Assembly (NCBI GenBank): GCA_030524675.1
Contig: JAUNGE010000004.1
Coordinates: 29,369-93,368 of the forward strand
Origin: a bacterium
GTDB taxonomy: Bacteria > Bacillota > Clostridia > Lachnospirales > Lachnospiraceae
Reading direction: 5' to 3'
DNA length: 64,000 bases
Positions 38,247 to 47,775 of this stretch are shown in pieces (position 1 is the first letter of the stretch; each line of letters opens with the position of its first letter). The notes beneath the pieces are model-generated. The model was not told the origin of the DNA and did no database searches. It saw only the letters and a program-made list of their open reading frames with translations. The position numbers and the translations under genes were made by a program.

Positions 38247-39335
38247 CTATTCTTGAAAACCAAATATTCTCCTTGGTTCCATATACTCCAGAAGAAACAT
38301 CTCCTGTGCCGGAATATGCCCGATTACATTCTTCCGCCCGTCATTTTCCATCGGTTTTAAGGCAATCTGAAGCTCTCCTTTATATCTGGAATATCTGTCG
38401 TTGACGATTGCCACATCTCCTGGTTTCAGATCATGCGTGTTTGCCGGCGGAATGGAAACCTCCGAGAATGTACTTCTTGGGGATGTGGAGCGCGCCATAT
38501 AGTCGCTCACATCGGCACGGTTTGCATGCTTTTTGTCATAATACAGAATCGCCCTCTCCACCTTGGTCAGCTCTTTCTCCAACTCAATTCCAAATGTCAG
38601 GACTGCCGGATTCAGCTTCGTGCAGGCGCGCAGTTCTTCCTCGGACGCGAAAGCATTGGCAATCAGCACATCGTCAATCATTCCTGTGGCAAGCAGATGG
38701 CGTACCTGCAGCTCCAGCGGAAGCCCCCTGTGCATCTCCAATGTGCAAAGTCCCTCATTGACCGGCCACGGGCCAAAAGTCTTTCCGTTATTGCTGGAGA
38801 CAAATGCCGCGGTGCGCAGATGATATTTTTTCATTGCTCTGTTGCAGGCGTTAAAATGTTCCAGACTGAGTCCTGTGTATTTCTGTGGATAGAAATTGTG
38901 GCAGGTGATAAGATTCTGTGTATTTGGAAAATTTGCCATGACATTGTCCAGATAGGTTCCGCCGTCGCTCGCATTCAGTTCAATTTTCAGGCCGCCATTG
39001 TGCGTCATCAGACTTTCCTTCATGCCGTCAAATCCCTCGTCGAGGCGGATTCCATCTGCATGAATCTCATGAAACCAAGATAAATCCTCATATGATATAT
39101 GAAGGCGGGAAAATACGGCTGGATTGACATCCAGAATCACTTCCATACCCTCTTTGTGAGCCGCGTCAATCAGAGTCCCAAACTCCTCAATCAGCTCCTT
39201 TTTTGACTTTGTCCCAACACTCAAAAGGCAGGTGAAGATACGGCGAAATCCATATTTTCCTGCCAACTTGATATATTCCAGGTCTTTTTCCCTGGTAGAG
39301 TGTTCTGGATAGACTGAAATACCAAAAACCGCCAT
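38247..39335 (-). CDS. DUF871 (MupG-like 6-phospho-glycosidase family) protein
   Basis: 362 aa. FGISVYPEH...GFRRIFTCL...DGIRLDEGF...KIELNAS...CHNFYPQKYTGLS is the DUF871 pattern as I recall it. Confidence 0.7.
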   Translation of the reverse strand: MAVFGISVYPEHSTREKDLEYIKLAGKYGFRRIFTCLLSVGTKSKKELIEEFGTLIDAAHKEGMEVILDVNPAVFSRLHISYEDLSWFHEIHADGIRLDEGFDGMKESLMTHNGGLKIELNASDGGTYLDNVMANFPNTQNLITCHNFYPQKYTGLSLEHFNACNRAMKKYHLRTAAFVSSNNGKTFGPWPVNEGLCTLEMHRGLPLELQVRHLLATGMIDDVLIANAFASEEELRACTKLNPAVLTFGIELEKELTKVERAILYYDKKHANRADVSDYMARSTSPRSTFSEVSIPPANTHDLKPGDVAIVNDRYSRYKGELQIALKPMENDGRKNVIGHIPAQEMFLLEYMEPRRIFGFQE

Positions 39336-39511
39336 TACAAATTCCTCCTTTTGTGATTTTTATGCAGCAGCCAGGATATCTGAAATTCAGATATTCCATC
39401 AACTCCAAACACTGCAGCCTTTTCCTATACAGCTTACTGTTCCCGCTTTGACCGGCAATATACTCCTTGTCAGGTATCGGGCCGAAACATCTGCTGTTTT
39501 CTTTCACATTT

Positions 39512-39557
39512 ATTATCTCGGAATTTTACTTGTAATGGCGGTAATCCTGTTTCCTAG
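39512..39557 (-). promoter_or_regulatory. conserved 29-nt motif (39529-39557) plus GATAAT (39512-39517): candidate activator-dependent promoter of the DUF871 gene
   Basis: In the minus sense: CTAGGAAACAGGATTACCGCCATTACAAG, 12 nt, GATAAT. An adjacent imperfect palindrome reads TTCCTA-N5-TAGGAA. Confidence 0.45.
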
Positions 39558-39593
39558 CAGTTAGGAAAATTCATTTTCTTATCATGATACTTT

Positions 39594-39851
39594 TTATAAA
39601 ATTTCTCTCACCAGCGCTTCCAGATAGGAAGCGGCCTGCTCCTCGTCCTCCCCCTCTACTACAAAAGTAACGGTATCATCCTCTTTAATCGCAAGGCGCA
39701 TAATATCCAGTACATTTTTTCCATCCGCAATCCCTGCTTTATGCTGAATGTGGATGCTGCTCTGATACTCTCCTGCCTGTCTGGCAAACGCCACGGCGTT
39801 TCTCGCATGAAATCCCTGACGCTCTAGCACTCTATATGTAAATTGCTTCAT
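39594..39851 (-). CDS. HPr-family phosphocarrier protein (paralog lacking the regulatory Ser46)
   Basis: 85 aa. Active-site region GFHARNAV (His15). The Ser46 region reads GKNVLDIMRL instead of GKSxNxKSIMGVMSLG. Confidence 0.8.
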   Translation of the reverse strand: MKQFTYRVLERQGFHARNAVAFARQAGEYQSSIHIQHKAGIADGKNVLDIMRLAIKEDDTVTFVVEGEDEEQAASYLEALVREIL

Positions 39852-40079
39852 CCTTTGTCCCTCCGCTCTGTAAATTTGAATCTATTTTAGCAAACTTTAC
39901 ATTCCAATACAATACGCAATCTCCAGCTTGTTGCCAGTTCGATTCCATTAGAATACCAAAAAACAAAACGGACAGCATGGCCTTTCCGCATGGCGAATTC
40001 TCTAAAAATCGCTCACCTTTCTGGCCTTTTGCTGTCCGCTCTCTAAATCATCATGATAGTATTCGCTGTCTTTTGCCTG

Positions 40080-41531
40080 TCACATGCTGTCTCCGACTAC
40101 GGTCGGCACTGCGTCGTCCGGAACCGGACAAAAATATCCGCCCGCTGTCTTCTCCTCAAACTCGGCTTTCGCTGCGCCTAGAACTTCCGGATGCTCAAAC
40201 AGCTCCATTGCTGCAGCCGCCAGCACCTTTCCGGCGGTCAGAAGTCCCTTGTGCCCGATGGATGTACATCCGCAGGATACATTCTGCCAGCTGTGCCCTG
40301 GTGCTTTGGACGGGAAACATACCGTGTTAATCTGTGCTGTCGGCACCAGCCAGCTCACATCGCCCACATCTGTGGAACCTGCGCCCTGTTTTTCACTGTA
40401 AAAATATGGAATCAGGAAATCATTCAACGGCTTTTTCGCGTGATTGGATGCCTCATCCACAAACTTCTTCAGCTCATGGCTCTCATAGGTCATGCTTCCT
40501 GGCAGCTTGTCTGTCGGCATCTCGTAGGAATCCACCAGCCCCTGCGCGTACTGCAGTTCTTCCTCCGTATAACTCGGAACACCCACTTCTGCGAATTTCT
40601 TCCAGAGCAGCGTCTCCAGCACTTTATTGGGAACCGTATTCGAGCATCCATCAATGAAGCGCTTCTTCACTGTGGTCTCTGTCATCAGGGCAGCGCCCTC
40701 GGCAATCTTGTCCACGCGCGCCTGCAGCTCCAACGCCTCTTTTGCGAGCATGGAGCGCACCATATAGAGAACCTGCGCATGCGGCTGCACCACGTTCGGG
40801 GAATTGCCGCCTGCATCGGTAATCGCATAGTGGATTCTCGCTGCCTCCGGCATATGTTCTCTCAAAAACTGCACGCCGATATTCATCAGCTCCACTGCAT
40901 CCAGTGCAGAGCGTCCCAGCTCTGGCGCACCTGCTGCGTGGGAAGCCACGCCAGTGAATTTATACTCGGTCTGAATACAACTGTTGCAGGTACCTGTAGC
41001 CACCTGATTGACATCATCCGGATGCCACGTGAGAGCTGCATCCAGTTCCTTAAACACACGGTCACGCGCCATAAATGCCTTCGCCGCTCCGCCTTCCTCA
41101 CCTGGACAGCCGTAGAAAATCACCGTTCCGTTTCCTTCCCCCTTCTCTTCCAGGTATTTCTTGATGGCAAATGCAGCTGCCATAGAGCCTGCTCCGAGCA
41201 TATTGTGGCCGCAGCCATGTCCGCTGCCGCCTGCCACCAGCTCTTTTCTCTTTGTGCTTCCCGCTTCCTGGGACAACCCACTCAGCGCATCGTACTCTGC
41301 CAGAATCCCGATGACCGGCTTTCCGGAGCCGTACACTGCCTTAAACGCAGTTTCAATACCGCAGACCGGAGTCTCCACACGAAATCCCTCTTTTTTCAAC
41401 ACTTCACAGTACAGTTTTGCAGACTTATATTCCATCAGAGACAGCTCTGCATATCCCCAGATTTTATCGGAAACATCTGTAATCACATCTGCTTTTTCAT
41501 CAATGTAGTTCAAATATTTGCTGTTTTCCAT
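40080..41531 (-). CDS. M20D-family amidohydrolase (AbgB-like)
   Basis: 483 aa with AEYDALSGL, GSGHGCGHNMLGAG and GCPGEEGGAAK. Confidence 0.8.
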   Translation of the reverse strand: MENSKYLNYIDEKADVITDVSDKIWGYAELSLMEYKSAKLYCEVLKKEGFRVETPVCGIETAFKAVYGSGKPVIGILAEYDALSGLSQEAGSTKRKELVAGGSGHGCGHNMLGAGSMAAAFAIKKYLEEKGEGNGTVIFYGCPGEEGGAAKAFMARDRVFKELDAALTWHPDDVNQVATGTCNSCIQTEYKFTGVASHAAGAPELGRSALDAVELMNIGVQFLREHMPEAARIHYAITDAGGNSPNVVQPHAQVLYMVRSMLAKEALELQARVDKIAEGAALMTETTVKKRFIDGCSNTVPNKVLETLLWKKFAEVGVPSYTEEELQYAQGLVDSYEMPTDKLPGSMTYESHELKKFVDEASNHAKKPLNDFLIPYFYSEKQGAGSTDVGDVSWLVPTAQINTVCFPSKAPGHSWQNVSCGCTSIGHKGLLTAGKVLAAAAMELFEHPEVLGAAKAEFEEKTAGGYFCPVPDDAVPTVVGDSM

Positions 41532-41542
41532 CTTCTTCTCCC

Positions 41543-42283
41543 TTAGTACAGAACCTTGCCCAAGAACTCTTTCGTTCTCGGATTCTGCGGATGTCCGAAA
41601 ATATCCTCTGGACTTCCCTTCTCTGCGATGATACCGCCATCCATAAAGAACACTCTGTCGGATACCTCGCGGGCAAATCCCATCTCATGTGTCACAATGA
41701 CTGTCGTCATTCCCTCTTTTACCAGGTTTTTGATAACATTCAGCACCTCGCCTACCATCTCAGGGTCCAGAGCGGAGGTCGGCTCGTCAAACAGCATGAC
41801 TTCTGGTTCCATTGCCAGCGCACGCACAATCGCGAGACGCTGTTTCTGACCGCCCGAAAGGCGCTTTGGATACTCATCAATTTTGTCCAACAGTCCGACG
41901 CGGTTCAGCAGCTCTCTCGCCATTTTTTCTGCCTCTTCCTTCGACTTCTTTCCGAGAAGCACCGGCGCCATCGTGATGTTCTCGCCGACTGTCATATGCG
42001 GGAACACATTAAAATGCTGGAACACCATGCCCATTTTCTGGCGGTGGACGTTGATATCCACACTCTTGTCTGTGATATCAATTCCCTCAAAATAAATTTT
42101 TCCCTCATCCGGAACTTCCAGAAGATTCAGACAGCGCAGAAACGTACTCTTTCCGCCGCCGCTCGGCCCGATGATAGAGACTACCTCACCTTTTGTGATA
42201 TGTTCGCTGACCCCTTTCAGCACATGAAGGGAACCAAATTTTTTGTGCAGATTTTCCACCCGCAAAACTTCATTGCTACTCAC
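41543..42283 (-). CDS. polar amino-acid ABC transporter ATP-binding protein (GlnQ-like)
   Basis: 246 aa with [24 protein letters not shown] and [11 protein letters not shown]. Confidence 0.9.
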   Translation of the reverse strand: MSSNEVLRVENLHKKFGSLHVLKGVSEHITKGEVVSIIGPSGGGKSTFLRCLNLLEVPDEGKIYFEGIDITDKSVDINVHRQKMGMVFQHFNVFPHMTVGENITMAPVLLGKKSKEEAEKMARELLNRVGLLDKIDEYPKRLSGGQKQRLAIVRALAMEPEVMLFDEPTSALDPEMVGEVLNVIKNLVKEGMTTVIVTHEMGFAREVSDRVFFMDGGIIAEKGSPEDIFGHPQNPRTKEFLGKVLY

Positions 42284-42956
42284 CGGCGCTCATCCTCCTT
42301 TCCAGAAGCAGTACACATTTTGACAGTGTAAAGGTCACAATTAAATAAATAATACCTACAATAATAAGCGGCTCGATTACCAGGTACAGCGCACCGGAAA
42401 TCGTCTTGTACTGTGTCATCAGCTCTCCGACAAAGAATGTAGATGCCAGAGAAGTCTCCTTAATCATGGTGACAAACTCATTGCAGAGCGCCGGAAGGAT
42501 GTTTCGCACAGCCTGCGGCAAAACCACATGAATCATGGTCTGACGGCTGTTTAAACCAAGGCAGCGCGCCGCCTCTGTCTGACCCTTGTCCACCGCCTGA
42601 ATTCCCGCACGGATTACCTCAGATACATACGCCGCAGAGTTCAGACAGAGCGCCACAGCGATACAGGTGTATTTGCTCAGTTCCATGAACGGCAGCAAAT
42701 CCGGCAGCAGAAAATAAAAGAAATACAACTGAAGCAAAATCGGAGTACCGCGGATGATCTCAACATAAATAGCCGCAATCACATTAAGTGGCTTTACATT
42801 TCCGATTTTAAATTTACTCATTCTGAGAAGGGATATAAAAAATCCTAAAATACATCCCATCAGAACCGTAATCAAACTCAGCAGCAAGGTATGGCCCAAA
42901 CCTACCAGAAACAGATTCCAGTATTTTTCCCATACACGAATCATATTTTCAATCAT
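42276..42956 (-). CDS. polar amino-acid ABC transporter permease
   Basis: 226-aa polytopic ORF with [22 protein letters not shown]. Overlaps the ATPase gene start. Confidence 0.9.
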   Translation of the reverse strand: MIENMIRVWEKYWNLFLVGLGHTLLLSLITVLMGCILGFFISLLRMSKFKIGNVKPLNVIAAIYVEIIRGTPILLQLYFFYFLLPDLLPFMELSKYTCIAVALCLNSAAYVSEVIRAGIQAVDKGQTEAARCLGLNSRQTMIHVVLPQAVRNILPALCNEFVTMIKETSLASTFFVGELMTQYKTISGALYLVIEPLIIVGIIYLIVTFTLSKCVLLLERRMSAGE

Positions 42957-42982
42957 CTACGGTTCCCCCTTTATTTTCCTGT

Positions 42983-43816
42983 TTATTCTACATCCAGTCC
43001 CAGCGCTCTCGCCTGCTCTGCAGCTTCGTCATACCATTTTTTGTAAAGGCCCTGCTCCATACAGGAATCTACTGCCTTATTTACCTCTGCCAACAGTGCA
43101 TCCTGTCCTTTTGTGACAGCAACCACGTTTCCGTCATCCAGAATCTCAAAATACCAGTCGCTCATCACAATATCCGGATAGTTTGCCATATAGGACTCAC
43201 CGACTGTCGTTGCAATCGCTACTGCATCTACCTTGCCGGACTGCAGCATCAAAATCGCGTCATTTATGTTGGAGATGCTCTCAAGCTGTGCATCTGGAAG
43301 CTGTGCTGTCACCAGACTCTGCTGCAGCGCGCCGTTCTGTGCTGCGATTTTCTTTCCGCTGAAACTCTCTGCTGTCGTGTAATTTGCAGCCTGGTCTTTC
43401 AGCACCAGAATACCCTGGCTCTTTCCGTCATCGTCCTCTGCCTTGTAGAAATTAGAAAGTCCCATGCTCTCCTCACGCTCCGGAGTCTTGGAGAAACCAG
43501 AAATTGCAATATCCACAGAACCTGTGGTGACAGCCGCCTGCACTGCAGAGAAATCCATGGCCTGAATCTCCAGCTCCACGCCAAGCTGCTCGGCAATATA
43601 TTTTCCAAGCTCAATATCGGAACCAGCATACACTTTCTCGCCGGAGCTGATATCTTCAAACTCATATGGTGCAAAGTCTGGGCTGGTTGCCATCACCAAT
43701 TTTCCCTCTTTTTTAATCTTTTCCAGTTTGTCTTCTTCCTTCTTTCCGCATCCCATCATGGATGTAGCTGCCATTGCAGCCAACAGTGTCACTGCCAGTA
43801 CCTTTTTCAATTTCAT
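42983..43816 (-). CDS. polar amino-acid ABC transporter substrate-binding lipoprotein
   Basis: 277 aa with lipoprotein signal [23 protein letters not shown] and a family-3 SBP body. Confidence 0.85.
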   Translation of the reverse strand: MKLKKVLAVTLLAAMAATSMMGCGKKEEDKLEKIKKEGKLVMATSPDFAPYEFEDISSGEKVYAGSDIELGKYIAEQLGVELEIQAMDFSAVQAAVTTGSVDIAISGFSKTPEREESMGLSNFYKAEDDDGKSQGILVLKDQAANYTTAESFSGKKIAAQNGALQQSLVTAQLPDAQLESISNINDAILMLQSGKVDAVAIATTVGESYMANYPDIVMSDWYFEILDDGNVVAVTKGQDALLAEVNKAVDSCMEQGLYKKWYDEAAEQARALGLDVE

Positions 43817-43922
43817 CGTTCATTCCTCCCATGTTTTCCTGAAAGCTCTGGGCCATCTCTCCTTGTGTGTGCCCATTTTCGCTGTACATTGCTCTTTTTG
43901 AATTCTTTTGATAGAGAATTCA

Positions 43923-43958
43923 GATGTCAGGGGTAACATATCTTCTAGCCCCAACATC
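43923..43958. repeat. back-to-back pair of MITE-terminus-like motifs (36-bp inverted repeat)
   Basis: GATGTCAGGGG-N15-CCCCAACATC in the 5' leader of the amino-acid ABC operon. Compare the MITE end GATGTTGGGG. Confidence 0.5.
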
Positions 43959-43976
43959 ATTTATATACGATTATTC

Positions 43977-44005
43977 ATTATACTGAATAAATATGACTTT
44001 GTAAA
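43977..44005 (-). promoter_or_regulatory. candidate sigma-A promoter of the amino-acid ABC operon
   Basis: In the minus sense: TTTACA, 17 nt, TATAAT, about 160 nt upstream of the SBP start. Confidence 0.5.
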
Positions 44006-44198
44006 GTGTTAATAATCCATAAAACTTTTCGATTTTTGTTGAAATATGTTGTTATTATGCACAGTTATCGTTTTTTACCTTCCTACACTGTTTAATTTTT
44101 ATGCATTATTTATGCATATATTCATTTTTTATTCATTCTCTGCCATCTTTCTTCCTTCTTCGCTGCACATGCCATCAGAGTTGGATACAAGGCAAGCA

Positions 44199-44266
44199 AA
44201 GAACCCCAATACTTTGTTGAATTGTTTCAAACAATTTACAAAATATTGGGGTTCTTCTATTTTTTC
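44199..44266. terminator. bidirectional rho-independent terminator after the mannitol-dehydrogenase-family gene
   Basis: AGAACCCCAATAC...ATATTGGGGTTCT stem with T-runs on both strands and a nested AATTGTTT-CAA-ACAATT hairpin. Confidence 0.7.
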
Positions 44267-44340
44267 CCTTTTCAGAGCCGTTCACATTGTGGAAACTTTT
44301 GTGGATAACTCAGCGCACCGAAAGCGTACCAGAACTCTGT

Positions 44341-45957
44341 TTATCCCACATATTTTGCCAGAGTTGCTCTCACAGCGCCTTTTCCTGCCAGCATGTCCTT
44401 AAACATGCCCTCTACCTTCTCACCCAGACCAATCTCATACAGGTCCACTGTGAATAATACTGGATTGGAAAGAATTGGCTTTAATGCATCGCCGCAGCTC
44501 TCCGGATTTCCAACTGTCACACCCTCGAGTGCCTTCTTTAACTCCGGCATCATTGGGTCGCTGCTGACTTCCATCGGCTCGCAGTTGTCATCAACGCCCA
44601 AAAGATAACGGCACCATCCTGCGATTGCTAGCGGGATATACGTCAATGTGGTAACATCCAGGTCTTCTCTTGCGATATAGGACTTGATGGTCTCACCAAA
44701 ACGAACCGGAACTTTCTGGCTGGTATCGGTAGCGATTCTCTGCGGTGCATCCGGAATAAATGGGTTTGGAAGTCTCATGTCGATAACTTCATGGATGAAG
44801 TCCATCGGGTCCAGAATTCCTGGATTTACAACAACTGGCATTCCCTCATCATAGCCGATCTTCTCAATCAGTTTCACCAGATGTTCATCTTTCATCTCGG
44901 CTGCGATGCTGGTGTAGCCGAGCAGGCATCCGTATACAGCCAGTGCGGTGTGCAGCGGATTCAGACAGGTAGTTACTTTCATCTTCTCTGTCTTGTTTAC
45001 GGTATCGCGATCTGTCAGGTATACGCCTGCATCCTCCAGTTTCGGACGTCCGTTCGGGAAACGGTCCTCCACTACCAGATACTGCGGAATCTCCGCATTG
45101 ACAAACGGTGCAATAAAGGTATTTCTGCTGGTAACAATCGGCGCCATATCAGAAATGCCAGCCTTTGTCAGAACATCCTCCACCTCTTTTGCCGGTCTTG
45201 GAGTAATCTTGTCGATCATGCTCCATGGGAAGGAAACTTTGCTCTCATCCTCCACATATGCCAGGAATCCCTCTTCCATCATGCCGGACTCCACCCATGC
45301 TTTTGCAATGGTGACAACGGCATTTCTCAGCTTCTCACCGTTGTGGCTGCAGTTGTCCATACTTACCATGGCAATCGGTGCCGCACCGTTTTTGTAGCGC
45401 TCATACAAAAGTCCCGTCACTACACTCATCGCGTGTTTTGCCTGGTCCGGACCATTCTTGATATCCGCCTGCACCAAGCCTGACAGATTGCCGCTCATAT
45501 CGTTCAATGCATATCCCTTTTCTGTGATGGTAAAGCTCACCATCTGCAGGCCAGGATTTCTAAAAATCTCTTTCAGTCTCGCAACCTGCTGCGGATCGCT
45601 GGTATCTGCCTTTACGCCCTCTGCGATGCTGGCAATCACTTCGTTTTCCATGCTTCCGTCCGGCTTCAGACCTACCAGGATACTCAGATTGTCGTGAGGA
45701 GTATAAATTTTATCAATGATATCAAAGTCAAATGTCTCCCCCGCAATAATTCCTTTTGTAGTCTCGCCCTTTTCCAGAAGCTGCTGCTGCAGTTTTGCGA
45801 TAAATCCTCTGAAAATATTTCCGGAACCAAAGTGCAGCCAGATTGGGTCTGCCTTTGTATCCTCAATCATTTTTTGAATGTCAAAGCCAGGAACTTTCAC
45901 TCCAGCCTTCTCCCATTCTGCACGATTTTTGATTTCCTGCAAATTCAATGTCAGCAT
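44341..45957 (-). CDS. mannitol dehydrogenase family oxidoreductase (fructuronate/mannonate reductase-like)
   Basis: 538 aa with N-terminal Rossmann region IWLHFGSGNIFRGFIA and the long-chain mannitol-DH architecture. Confidence 0.7.
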   Translation of the reverse strand: MLTLNLQEIKNRAEWEKAGVKVPGFDIQKMIEDTKADPIWLHFGSGNIFRGFIAKLQQQLLEKGETTKGIIAGETFDFDIIDKIYTPHDNLSILVGLKPDGSMENEVIASIAEGVKADTSDPQQVARLKEIFRNPGLQMVSFTITEKGYALNDMSGNLSGLVQADIKNGPDQAKHAMSVVTGLLYERYKNGAAPIAMVSMDNCSHNGEKLRNAVVTIAKAWVESGMMEEGFLAYVEDESKVSFPWSMIDKITPRPAKEVEDVLTKAGISDMAPIVTSRNTFIAPFVNAEIPQYLVVEDRFPNGRPKLEDAGVYLTDRDTVNKTEKMKVTTCLNPLHTALAVYGCLLGYTSIAAEMKDEHLVKLIEKIGYDEGMPVVVNPGILDPMDFIHEVIDMRLPNPFIPDAPQRIATDTSQKVPVRFGETIKSYIAREDLDVTTLTYIPLAIAGWCRYLLGVDDNCEPMEVSSDPMMPELKKALEGVTVGNPESCGDALKPILSNPVLFTVDLYEIGLGEKVEGMFKDMLAGKGAVRATLAKYVG

Positions 45958-46113
45958 GATACTTTTGCCCTCCTTAATGTCTTTTTATGTCCTTTTCTTT
46001 TTTCATTTTTTTCTGCGCCCAGACATCTGCCGCAAAGGCAGAAACCAATGTACACAGGTATACTATCTGCCAATCATTATAACATATATTTTTATCGAAA
46101 GACAGGTATTTTT

Positions 46114-47508
46114 TTATCGAATCATAGCACCATTTTCTCCCAGAAAATGCCCGTCCGGAGTCCATGTTCCGGAGATTCTCACACCTGTCGCATCCATATA
46201 GTACATGTCATTTCCGACTTTCTGCCAGCCTGTCATCATCACGCCGCCCTCATTGAAATAATACCATTTCTCATTGATATTTTGAAAGCCCGTCAGGCGC
46301 TCGCCATTCGAGTTCAGAAAATACCATTTTCCATCCTGCTGCATCCAGCCGGTTTCGCGCTCACCGCTATCTTTCAGGAAATACCATTTTCCGCCTATCT
46401 GTCTCCAGCCCGTCTGCATGGCGCCTGTCTCATCCATATAATACCATTTTTCATTGATATTCTGCCAGCCCGTCGCCAGCTGTCCCTGCGGCAGTACATA
46501 ATACCAGGTACTTCCAAGCTTCTGCCACCCCGTCATCAGGTATCCGTTCTCATCAAAATGATAATTGCGCCCGTCAATCTGCCGCCAGCCGTTTACCGGA
46601 TAAGAACCGTCCGCATAGCGGTACCACCAGCCTTTGTCGCTGTGTATCCAGCCCTCCGTCACCCGCGTGCTGCCTGCATCATTCGGATTCCCCTGTGTTC
46701 CTGTAGCCGTTCCCTGATTTTTGCCGCCGTTTAGGCCGCCTGCTGGGCCGTCTCCATTCATACTGCTGTCATCCCCATCACCTGCAGGACCATTTCCGGA
46801 GAAAGAGCTCGACGAAAACGGGTCTCTTCGATTGTCCGCCGCCTCGTCCGCATCCAGGTAATAAATATCAGAAAATTCCGACCAGTCGCCGGTCTCATCA
46901 TCCACAATCACGCGCACACGAAACTTATAGTTCCCCTTCTGTGTCATTTTATCCGAAAAATCATAGCTGTTGTCCTCTGTCTTTACTTTGTTTTTTACCT
47001 CATTGTTCCGGTACAGCCAGATTTCATACCGGTCGGCCTGGTTGTCCTCGTCCCAGACAGCCGTGTAGTCCTCCCAACATGGCCCCGTCACCTGGTTTTT
47101 GCTCCCCTCCAGGCGGCTTAAAGTCAGCTCCAGAATCATTCGGTCGCCGCCGTCATATATAGACGCTTTCTTGAAATTCGCATCCTGCCCGTCGATTGAA
47201 AAATGGCTGGATGTCTTATAGACAAAGGTATAGCCATCCTCTGCCGTCAAATCCACCTGAATCCGCGGCGTGTCTCCGGCTTTCCATCTGTCATTGTCAT
47301 TGACAAACTGCGCGCCGTTCACCACAAACTCATCGCTGTCCGTGTCAGCCAGAACCTCTCCAATCTCTTCCCCCACATCAACATCGCCTTCCCAGTCAAG
47401 CGAAATCTGTACCTGCTCAATCCGGCTCGCGGCAAACGCAGGAGATACCACAAGAACAGACGCCAGGAGCGCTGAAGCTGCCGCCGTTTTCCATATTTTT
47501 TTGTGCAT
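46114..47508 (-). CDS. secreted protein with C-terminal cell-wall-binding (choline-binding-type) repeats
   Basis: Start moved to MHKKIWKTAAASALLASVLVVSPAFA (signal peptide). About 9 C-terminal repeats of the GW..x..KWYY...G.m.TGW type. Confidence 0.8.
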   Translation of the reverse strand: MHKKIWKTAAASALLASVLVVSPAFAASRIEQVQISLDWEGDVDVGEEIGEVLADTDSDEFVVNGAQFVNDNDRWKAGDTPRIQVDLTAEDGYTFVYKTSSHFSIDGQDANFKKASIYDGGDRMILELTLSRLEGSKNQVTGPCWEDYTAVWDEDNQADRYEIWLYRNNEVKNKVKTEDNSYDFSDKMTQKGNYKFRVRVIVDDETGDWSEFSDIYYLDADEAADNRRDPFSSSSFSGNGPAGDGDDSSMNGDGPAGGLNGGKNQGTATGTQGNPNDAGSTRVTEGWIHSDKGWWYRYADGSYPVNGWRQIDGRNYHFDENGYLMTGWQKLGSTWYYVLPQGQLATGWQNINEKWYYMDETGAMQTGWRQIGGKWYFLKDSGERETGWMQQDGKWYFLNSNGERLTGFQNINEKWYYFNEGGVMMTGWQKVGNDMYYMDATGVRISGTWTPDGHFLGENGAMIR

Positions 47509-47534
47509 ACGATTTCCCCTTTTTTGTATACTCG

Positions 47535-47552
47535 TACCTGCGCCAGCAGGTA
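47535..47552 (-). repeat. GC-rich 18-bp palindrome/hairpin, copy 2 of 3
   Basis: TACCTGCGCCAGCAGGTA lies 27 nt upstream of the start codon and downstream of the predicted -10. Confidence 0.5.
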
Positions 47553-47573
47553 TGTCCATTACTGTCTGTTTTC

Positions 47574-47602
47574 AGTATACTCCCGCATCAAAGCACAGTC
47601 AA
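47574..47602 (-). promoter_or_regulatory. candidate sigma-A promoter of the cell-wall-binding protein gene
   Basis: In the minus sense: TTGACT, 17 nt, TATACT. Confidence 0.55.
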
Positions 47603-47674
47603 ATACTGTTTTTCTTACAACATCGGTTTCTCAAAAAATATCTGTTTCTCAAAAAGCATCTGTTTTTCAAAAAG
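47603..47674. repeat. four tandem 18-bp direct repeats abutting the -35 element
   Basis: Plus-strand units: ATACTGTTTTTCTTACAA, CATCGGTTTCTCAAAAAA, TATCTGTTTCTCAAAAAG, CATCTGTTTTTCAAAAAG. Confidence 0.7.
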
Positions 47675-47723
47675 AGCTGGTGCAAAATGCAGCAAAACCT
47701 ACATTTTACACCAGCCCTTTTTT
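47668..47723. terminator. bidirectional rho-independent terminator after the Cof-type HAD gene
   Basis: GAGCTGGTGCAAAATG-loop-CATTTTACACCAGCCC, flanked by A-run and T-run. Confidence 0.75.
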
Positions 47724-47775
47724 CATATATCTCTCACCCGAAATATCTTATCTAAAATTTCCTATCTAAAATCTC

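Noticed and set aside
39529-39557. Reading the conserved PTS-locus motif as a sigma-54 promoter or as a BglG/LicT-type RAT antiterminator RNA
   Set aside because: The GG to GC spacing is 14 nt, not the 12 nt of the TGGCAC-N5-TTGCW consensus, and no sigma-54 activator domain is present. The local regulator has a DNA-binding HTH rather than a CAT RNA-binding domain, and no overlapping terminator follows the motif.
40191-41546. 451-aa plus-strand ORF
   Set aside because: It is antisense to the M20D amidohydrolase gene, which has clear metal-binding motifs. Its low-complexity Cys/His/Arg-rich translation has no start context.
45694-46734. 346-aa plus-strand ORF spanning two minus-strand genes and their spacer
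   Set aside because: It crosses the boundary between the mannitol-dehydrogenase-family gene and the cell-wall-binding protein gene, and mirrors the latter's repeat region. There are no motifs. It is a shadow ORF.
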